Shown in pieces: positions 55,570-64,000 of a DNA stretch of 64,000 nucleotides (the first letter of the stretch is position 1; every line of letters begins with the position of its first letter). The notes below the pieces were generated by a model that searched no databases, was not told the DNA's origin, and saw nothing but the letters and a program-made list of their open reading frames with translations. The stretch lies in assembly GCA_951406725.2 (NCBI GenBank), contig OX597816.1, forward strand, positions 103,850,001 through 103,914,000, in the 5' to 3' direction. Origin of the DNA: Octopus vulgaris. Taxonomy: Eukaryota. The position numbers were made by a program, and so were the translations under genes.

Positions 55570-56210
55570 CAGAGGCAATGACAAAAGACTGAGACCTCTG
55601 GAGATATGCTGTGATTAAGAAGACCCAGCAAGTAAAGCAAGATCACATCCATAACCTACACCAGTGTCACATAACCAACCCATTTAAAAAGTACCTTTGA
55701 ATCATCGGGTGACATTCCATGCTTGTGGAGAGTTACTGAGTCAAGTAAAATAAAAAATAAAAATCGAAATGAAATCAAATCACAGTCAAACGGAAATTGC
55801 AGTTGTGGCCAATGCCAGTGCCGCCTGACTGGTGGCATGCAATAAGCACCCTACATGCGTGGGTCATTGCCAGTGCTGCCTGACTGGCTCCTCATGCTGG
55901 TAGCTCATAAAAAACACCATCTGAATGTGGTCAATGCCAGCCCCCCCCCCCACCTGACTGATTCCTGTGCCAGTAGCACGTAAAAGGCACCATCAGAATG
56001 TAGCTGATCGAGTACCACCTGACTGGCTCCTGTGCTGGTGGCATGTATAAAGCACCCACTACACTCTCGGAGTGGTTTGCATTAGGAAGGGCATCCAGCT
56101 GTAAGAATACTGCCAGATCAGAATGGAGCCTGGCTTGCCAGTGCTCAGACAAACCGTCCAACCCATGCTAGCATGGAAAACGGACGTTAGGCTATGATGA
56201 TGATGATGGT
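55570..56210 (+). mobile_element. SINE/RTE-tailed repeat with ~4 internal cctgactggctcctgtgc..gg..gca..taaaa.gcacc units
   Basis: Tandem subrepeats 55820-56060; tail ttaggaagggcatccagc..ccatgctagcatggaaaacggacgtt..(GAT)n also at ~7400, 40900, 49770(-). Confidence 0.65.
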
Positions 56211-56286
56211 ATATATATATGTATATGTGTGTGTGTATATATATATGTATATATGTGTATATATATATATATATATATGCATGCAT

Positions 56287-56560
56287 ATTTATAGGTTTAA
56301 CAAGCGACACTTTCAAAAGCTGCATCATTTATGAACAACTGCAAAAGGCAATGTACATCACTCAGACCTTATATGGGACTTCACATTGTAAAAAGTACAA
56401 TGCAGCATGACTTGAACAGTAATACGAAATGTGAAACTATATAACGCACACTCAAAAGTCTGTAAACCTCTGCCTGGAAGAGACACTTGAAATAGTATTG
56501 TTGTGACAAAATAATCAACAAATGCTCAAAAATTATATCAACTTGTAATCATAGCTTTAA
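56287..56560 (+). pseudogene. GIY-YIG endonuclease remnant of Penelope-like element
   Basis: FIGLTSDTFK ... NLCLEETLEI ... IINKCSKIISTCNH resembles YIG.T...FK.R ... CNLCL.EK..I ... LLNKRSE..S.CRH. Confidence 0.7.
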
Positions 56561-58013
56561 AAGACCATTTCTGGAATTTAGAAACAATATGTAACATTCA
56601 ATGTTACATCAATCTTTCATTTACACAAAAATGCATTTATAATTTGGTGATTTCATCTACTGGCAAGATTATATTGTTGCTTACTTGAATTATCTGATAT
56701 TCATAATAATTTGTATGTATCTATGATCATTTAGTGATATCAATCCACGATTCGCTCAAAACTGCTATTATAATGTTTCAGTATCATTAATGGTATGCTT
56801 TTTTTATATTGCTGTCCACCTAAATTGTATATTCCTATAATAACTGATATGTTAGGTACAATTGTTTAGGTAAAGGGGAAATGACTATAGAACGGACCTT
56901 TTTGTTCTGACAGAATGTTGTAGCATAAGTGGTAAAATGACTGGTATAGCGGCATGGAGAGATGCACATTCATGAGAGCAAAAATCTGTCTAATTTTAGA
57001 TAAATATATATTGGTATATATAAATATATGTATGTTAATGCAAAATAAAAAGAATATGTATACATAATATATGTGTGGGAGAGAAAACTATTGATTTGAC
57101 CTCACATTATGGAATGAGGGGAATCATCAATTGTATGTATGTATGTATAGGTGTATGTGTACATGGGTATGCAAGTAGGTATGTGTCTAAGAATGTCTAT
57201 ATAAATGTACAAATGTATGTGAATGCATGAGTATATATATTGTGTATAAGGGTGTGATAGCGTCTGTTAATAACTGTGGCTAAATTTAAGTTAATGAGCA
57301 GTCTAGTAGACAAGTTGGTATCCTGCTGGGGTAATAAGTTGACCACTGGTCCTTTGAAGAAAAATGTTTACAGACAAAAGAGATAAAGAATTCTTTTAGT
57401 TTATATTTTTGCAACATTATTATGTTAGAGTGTTAATCTATCTTCATAAAAGGCAAGACACATCTTGGCAAAAGAAAAGACTAAATATGAGATTTTGATA
57501 ATTTATATTTTATACTTTTAATTTTGTATTTCCTTTGATTAATTCCGGTCTATTTGTTTTATAATTTATATTCTTGATTTTTATTTCCATAAATTTTTTT
57601 GGTATTTTATATGACTTGTGTCTGTTGAAATCTATATGTTGCACTTTATAAAGGGATTACTAAAAATACAATATTGGTATAAGACAATGGGAAACTATAA
57701 GCAATCCAACAGTGTTCAGAAAGCCACTCATCTGATGATGTGCGATGCATAGCAATAGCTATGCACTTGCACATCATATTTATATGTATATAATATCTTT
57801 ACAATGTGTAAAGCATGTGAAACACTCAGCAAGTAACAGCTGTTGCTAATGCACAAAAACAATTGTAATTTGGATTAAAACTTGTTCATTCCATCTTCTT
57901 GTATTATAAGCTTTTTTTACTTTTTTTATATATGTACGTATATATCTTTGTGTGTATGTTTATATATTGATATATATGTGTAGATATATGTCCATGTATA
58001 TATGTATATATAT

Positions 58014-58737
58014 ATTATGCAAAAATGAAAATAATACTGACATCTCCTTTTAGCAAATATATTTACCAAAATTACATAAGAATATCTTGAAATACTAAAG
58101 AAATAATAAAATTGCCATTGGCTTCAACCATGGCCTCCAGATAACTTTACAATTTCCTGCAATTCTTCTGGATTGTCTCCTTGTTTAAGTTGGTGAATAC
58201 TGCCATAATCCTTGCCTTCAGTTCATCTTTGGTGTTACAAGGAGTTTTGTTGGTCTCTTGCTCAACTGCACCCCACACATAATAATCAAGGGGGTTGCAG
58301 TCTGGAGAGTTAGGTGGCCAGATGTTAGGAGTGATGTGGTCACAGAAATTGTCAGACAGTCATGACTGGGTTCTCCTGCTTGTGTGGTATGGTGCAGAGT
58401 CCTCTTGCCAGATATAGGGTGTTTCAGCAGCCACTCTGTTGACCCAGGGCAGCATTGCCTCCTCCAGGCACTTGATGTAGGCTGGAGGCATAGTGTTGCC
58501 ATCACTAGTGATCACTCCAAACACCATGATGTTGACTGAATGTTTGATTTTTATCACTCTTGCTACATGTTTTGGGTACATGATAAACCAACGGTTGTTC
58601 TGTGGGTTCACCAGCCTCATAGCATGCTTTTCATCTTGTCCTTGATGGCTTGGGATAAAAATTGGCCCTTTCTCATCTTGTATGAGGAATACTGAATGTC
58701 TTCATGCACTACCTGCCTGATAAGAAACTCAGACACT

Positions 58738-58768
<31 letters not shown>

Positions 58769-59180
58769 TTTAACTTCCATGTCCCTGGCAATGGATCTGA
58801 GTGACTTGGAGGGATTGTTTTCAATCATGGCCTGGATCTCATCAACAAATTCAGGAGTTCTTTTCTTATGAGAATGATCAGAGTGAGTTTTCCGAACCAC
58901 TATACCTTCATAATCACCATTAGACACATCCAACTATTTCTGAATCCTCTGCAATGTCCTCAGGTTGACGCCCAAATACTCTGAGATGTTTGTATTGGAG
59001 CTTCTGATGCGAATGCCAAGCAGTACAGCATGTCGTTTCCAAATTTCTGGCAGAGTGAATTGCTTCATGGTGCTATTCTTCTCACAGAGGGTGTCCAAAT
59101 CACTGTGTAGTTGATAAAATCAAAAACAAACAATGTACATGCACAAAATTAAAAATATAAAATGGTGACAGTTTACTCAT
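58014..59180 (-). mobile_element. maT (DD37D) element, decayed, same family as 18266-19155
   Basis: MVFGVITSDG..WQEDSAPYHTSRRTQS..WPPNSPDCNPLDYYVWG on the minus strand. Confidence 0.85.
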
Positions 59181-59615
59181 TTACATTATTTATTCTGTAT
59201 TTCAAAGGGCCATCTTTGTCACACTCTGTCTTCATGCTAAAATCTACATTAAAGGTACATGTTCTGTGGAATGTTCAACCACTTGCACATTAATTTCATG
59301 AGCTGGTTGTTTGATTGATTGATTGATCAACTGCCACACTCATTGTTTACACACACACACACACACATAAACACACACACTCACCTGCATGCACATATAT
59401 ATGTATATATTAACAGTGGAGTCTTAATAATTTGCTTTCCAATTATTTTTCATTTTTTTCCCTTAAATTTTAATCCTTTCAGTACAAATAATTTGGAAAT
59501 CAAGTGTTTTCTTCCTTAATGCTTCTAACCTCTGCTATTGTAGTTATAATAATAAAATGGATGTTTTCACTCAACTCTATTAATTTCTTGGTTTTCTTCT
59601 CTTTCTTTTTACTAG

Positions 59616-59636
59616 GCTTCGGCTGACAGTCAGCTG
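59616..59636 (+). CDS. RGS7: Candidate 21-nt microexon of RGS7-like gene (ASADSQL)
   Basis: Long pyrimidine tract ttcttggttttcttctctttctttttactAG, consensus donor CTG|GTGAGT, frame-preserving phase 0-0, GC-rich island in AT-rich intron. Confidence 0.65.
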
Positions 59637-61141
59637 GTGAGTGTTATTTTAAAATATTTTTTCTGTTCCTTTTCATTTTTTTTTAGTATTTCCATAAGTT
59701 TCAAAATTTGTGTATTGATAAGTATTTATAGATTTTCACATTTTCAAAACATTTTTTCGTTCTGTCTTGAATTGTATGATGCCAAAATTTACCAGTGGTG
59801 AGATTATAAATTTTAAGCATTGATATACACTTCCCTTTCTTTTTTCTTATTATAAGTTACTATTATACATAATCAATTGACTAAGTATTAACAAAATCAA
59901 TCTAACAAAAATCAATTCAATTCGGAAAAAATTACATTTGGTCATCTGTGCTGAGGTTATTTTTCATCAATTTAAGCACATTTGAATGATTACTCACTGC
60001 CTGACAATAACATGGTTTCCTTTTAAGTCACCACTTTTGTAGTGGATATTTTCTCTTCATTGAGTATGTGCTTTCAAGAGATTATAAATTTAACGATGCC
60101 ACTCATTGAGGTCCAAAATAACATTAATCTTGATATTAATCATCTAGTACTACATTTATGTTGCTTTACAATTCCATTTCATGCACATGCACACATATAC
60201 ACATGCTTGCATGCACACACACACACACACACTCTCTCTCTCTCTCTCTCTCTCTTTCACTCACTCATTCATGGAATCATATCCATGCACATATACTTTT
60301 AATGTCTAAAGCAGCAATGTTCAACCTTTGCTAATCCATAACATACTGAATAAGGCACTGACAGTGTTACACCATCAGCTTTTTTGCATTGTATAAAAAA
60401 GTAACCAGCATTAAAATTGTTTTAAAACAGAGATGGGCACAAGCACTGACCATTGCCTCAAAAGAGCACACAAACTTGTGCAATTCATTAAATACATTCA
60501 ACCTAAATATTCTAGCATTATCTGATCCCCTTCAAAATCTTATGGCACACCTGCAGACCATATTCAGCACAGTGGCTAAAAATATTTGGTATAAATGGTT
60601 GTCCTAAACTCAAGTACTTTATAATATTTAAAACATTCTTGTTGCTCTGTGAAATGAAGTAAGGACTGACATCTTGAACATCGTCTTTCATTGGGAAAAA
60701 GAAAATTAAAAAAGCTCTACCTGAAACATTCGTCTGTATATTTTATCTCTTGGCTGACACAGATTTCCACTAAACTATATACTGTTTCTAATGACTAGCC
60801 TTACTTCTGTAATATCTTTAAAAGATTAAGAGATAACAATTTTCTGAATGTCTATCCTAAAAAAATTCTGAAAACAAGATAATATTTGAACAGCATAAGT
60901 TTAGTATCAAAATATTGTCATTTAAAATTCTGTTTATTCTTCAGTTTTTCAGAATCTTGGGTATATCATATGTGTTTTATTCTATAGTTATCAGGTGTTT
61001 TGATTATTGAATAACGTACATCCTCATGTAGACAACCTGATTTTCCTCAAATTTATATGCAAATATTTTGAAGTGCCTATAACAAAGTAACAAGAAATAA
61101 TTTGTAAATAGTTTGGTTTTAGGTGAGATGTGGTATATACA

Positions 61142-61989
61142 CAGAGTGTTTGGGCTAAATTTGACAGTTTGCAAAAAGGAAAAGAAAACAATATTCCATT
61201 CAAGCCTAAAAATATTTCAAAATTCAATACATACCACATTACATTATGGCTGAGAGGTAACAGCATAGTCAAAGTAGCTGCTCTCATCTTCCACCACAGC
61301 CACAAGACAGCTCTGGAGCCTGATACATGCAATCCTCACTGTGTCCCTGGGAAGATCTCTGAACACTTCCTTGATCTTGGCCACTAGCTTAGCCTTGGTG
61401 TTGCAGGCAGAGCAGTTGATGTCTTTGTCAACCATGCTACCCCTATAGTAATCCATGAGGTTACTATGCAACCAGAAATTTGGGTTGGTGAAGTCATAGA
61501 AATTTTCTGACAACCACTTCTGACTCTTTCATATGGCCATCCAGCAGCAACCCTCTTGAACCAGGGTTTGGCTACAGTATCCAGAAGTTTTACATAGCAG
61601 TCAGAATTGAGCCTAAGACCTTATTCATCTGCTATTGGATATATTCCAGCTTGCGGATGCAGACAGAATATTTGCTGCATCCCTTCCTGCTGGTCATGGC
61701 TTCATAGTCTCCACTGTAATTGTCCTTGTCATATCTTACAACATTTACAGTATTCACAGAGCATTGAGCTACAGTCATGTTGACAGTATTTTGATACCTA
61801 GTACATCATCATAATACAAATAACTCTTTTCCAATATTCAGATGGTCTTCCAGTCTTCTATGTCAGTTAATATTTTCTCAACTATAACTTTAGTCTTTAC
61901 GCTCTCCAGTACAATTGACTGTTCACAGCACATCGACCTGTCCCTGAAAAAGGAAGACAAAACTCATCATATTTAACTCAAACACCCTG
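61142..61989 (-). mobile_element. Second maT-like family, internally deleted
   Basis: TIRs cagagtgtttgggctaaat / atttaactcaaacaccctg; SENFYDFTNPNFW..NLMDYY..CNTKAKLVAKIK. Confidence 0.75.
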
Positions 61990-62024
61990 TATATATATAT
62001 GTAGAAGGTTGAAAAGGAACACAA

Positions 62025-62060
<36 letters not shown>

Positions 62061-62065
<5 letters not shown>

Positions 62066-62692
62066 AAAAAGTCAAGGTAGAAAATGCTAAAATAATTTTA
62101 TAGAAAACATTTCAGTACTGGTTTTGGTCATTCGGTCATTGAGACTTTTTCAACTGTAAGTATGGAAAACAATTAAATTTTGGAGAAATTAAATGGAAAG
62201 TATTTTGAAAGAGCATTTGCATAGTATTCAAATACAAGGGGCATTTTCCTTGTTTCTACCTGTTTCTGTCTCTCTTGTTTACTCTTGTGGGTTTGAGGTC
62301 GTTGGGAATTCTTGGCAGAGAAGAGGAAGAAGAAGACAGAGAAGAAGAAGAAGAAGAAGGAAATAATGCAGAAGTGCTCTTCTTCTCCTCCTCCTCCTCC
62401 TCCTTCTCCTTCTTCTTCTTCTTCTTCTTCTTCTTCTTCTTCTCTGCCAAGAATTCCCAACGACCTCAAACCCACAAGAGTAAACAAGAGGGACAGAGAC
62501 AGGTAGAAACAAGGAAAATGCCCCTTGTATTTGAATACTATGCAAATGCTCTTTCAAAATACTTTCCATTTAATTTCTCCAAAATTTAATTGTTTTCCAT
62601 ACTTACAGTTGAAAAAGTCTCAATGACCGAAACCAGTACTGAAATGTTTTTAATAAAATTATTTCAGTATTTTCTACCTTGGCTTTTTTCCA
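62061..62692. repeat. ~630-bp near-perfect palindrome flanked by (TA)n
   Basis: Arms ~62061-62360 and ~62378-62692 are reverse complements; explains mirror ORFs 62173-62487(-) and 62275-62589(+). Confidence 0.95.
62606..62641 (+). ncRNA. Hammerhead-like motif with U3:A8 core; mirror copy 62113-62156 broken by a short duplication
   Basis: CAG TTGAAAA a-GTC-tcaat-GAC-c GAAAC ca GTA CTG; stems are short. Confidence 0.5.
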
Positions 62693-63039
62693 TATATATA
62701 TATAGTGTGTTATTGTTTTCAGTGCTAGACCTGCTCTTATCAACCTGTCTCTATACTCAATACTATTCTCACCTTTCATCTAGACAGTATATCTTATATC
62801 ACATCTTATATATAGACAGTATGTCTGGAGTGGCATTATTCCGTCTCCTTTTTATGTTTAAGGTGGTACATGAAAGTGGTAATTGAGTGAGATTTAGCTG
62901 CTGTTTCTAGCAGGCTGAATCAATGTGTTATTTGAAGAGAGTGATGTACTATTTAAAGAGAGATATGTGTTATTTGAAGTAGTAAGGTCAATTGAAATGA
63001 TGATGTTTAATGAACGATTTCATTCTTGTTTCATTTTAG

Positions 63040-63101
63040 ATTGAGAGTCTTAAACAAAAGCTTGAGAAACGAAGAGTAAAAATTTCCAAAGTTGCTGAAA
63101 G
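63040..63101 (+). CDS. RGS7: RGS7-like exon, start of GGL (G-gamma-like) domain
   Basis: tttcattttAG / AG|GTATGT; IESLKQKLEKRRVKISKVAE(S) resembles RGS7 IKYWQIQLDRHRLKMSKVADS; phase 0 in, phase 2 out. Confidence 0.92.
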
Positions 63102-63375
63102 GTATGTTTTATACAATAGCTTTAAATATATTTTAAATATTTATTAATCTTCTGTCAGACACAATTAGCCTTGGCATCCTCAGAACCAGCTTAACATTGT
63201 ATGAAGTATAGCAATATCTGAACAAAGAGTTACTAAGGTATCATGTGTGGCTTGACAGTTGTTATGTGTCTTACATTGCTAGGCCATATATTGTGTATGA
63301 GTATAGAATATTTAGAAAGCCATTAATGTTAAAAAAAATCTGTCTGTTTATACATTACTAAGAATAGTCATTGTA

Positions 63376-64000
63376 TCAGATCATCCTATAAGTTCTGTCC
63401 AAATTTTGAATAAAGAAAACAAGTGATCAAATGTTATATTTAATTGAAATTTAATCATCAATGTACTTTCCCTGATTATCTATGACTTCCTTCCATCTAT
63501 TTACAAGCTTTTAAATCCCATCAATGTAAAACTCTTTTGGTTTCAAAGCGAAGAGCTCTGAAATGTCAGTTTCTACATCCTCCTAGCTTGCAAAAATTAT
63601 GTCCCCCAAATGATCCTGTAAACTATGAAACAAATGGTAGTTTGAAGGAACAAAGTCAGCAGAATAAGGAGGGTGAGAAATTTTTTCCCAGCCAAGCTCT
63701 TCAATCTTCTATGATGTGATCTTTGCAGTGTGGGGTTGCGCATTGTCCTGATGAAACATCACTTCTTTTCGATTCACTAAAGCGGGTCTTCTTTTCTTCA
63801 AACCTTAGTTCAAATGCTCTAATAGCTGACAGTAGACTTGAGCATTGATTGTTGCATTAGGTAGTAACAATTCAAAGTGAGTTACTCCTTTGGAATCCCA
63901 CTAGATAGAGAGAAGAACCTTTTTCCCATGAAGTTCCCTTCTCGGTTGTGGTTAAGCTTTTTCCCTTTTACCAAGCCAAGTCTATCCAAAAAGGGTGAAA
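63376..64000 (-). mobile_element. Mariner element 3' half, runs off the window
   Basis: Minus strand MFHQDNAQPHTAKITS*KIEELGWEK; TIR tcagatcatcctataag resembles that of 4106-5389. Confidence 0.85.

Larger units (their letters stand above)
54495..57920 (+). mobile_element. Decayed Penelope-like retroelement with ~400-bp inverted terminal repeats
   Basis: ~54495-54900 inverts at ~57510-57920; internal GIY-YIG-type remnants; interrupted by a SINE at ~55570-56210. Confidence 0.7.

Noticed and set aside
55820-56060. CRISPR-like repeat-spacer array
   Set aside because: Eukaryotic context, degenerate irregular units inside a SINE-like repeat, no cas genes.
57730-57840. CTGATGA ... GAAAC as a hammerhead
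   Set aside because: The hairpin after CTGATGA is not followed by GAAA, and no stem I/III closure was found.
62173-62589. Twin 104-aa ORFs on opposite strands
   Set aside because: By-product of the palindrome and GAA repeats; no protein homology recognised.

Overview
AT-rich, microsatellite-rich eukaryotic DNA, most likely an octopus/coleoid cephalopod (inferred from the repeat landscape, not proven). The whole window lies inside one + strand gene, an R7-family regulator of G-protein signalling (RGS7/RGS6/EGL-10-like). Five clear GT-AG exons (1023-1164, 9144-9225, 13477-13551, 36576-36665, 63040-63101) splice in frame and encode the post-DEP/DHEX region, linker and start of the GGL domain; there is also a strong 21-nt microexon candidate (59616-59636). 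The ORF track misses these exons; its ORFs are mostly microsatellite or transposon noise. The introns hold decayed mariner and maT (DD37D) transposons, MITEs, tRNA-derived SINEs, RTE, R4-like and Penelope-like remnants, and a ~1 kb (TA)n array. The most striking signal is about ten type I hammerhead-ribozyme motifs in at least seven unrelated small, often fold-back, elements. These include a ~353-nt tandem retrozyme-like unit with an intact ribozyme, a tRNA-headed hammerhead-tailed palindrome with a 12-bp TSD, and cores where the 3:8 pair is compensatorily changed (U3:A8, G3:C8). All RNA structures were read by eye and ribozyme activity is untested.
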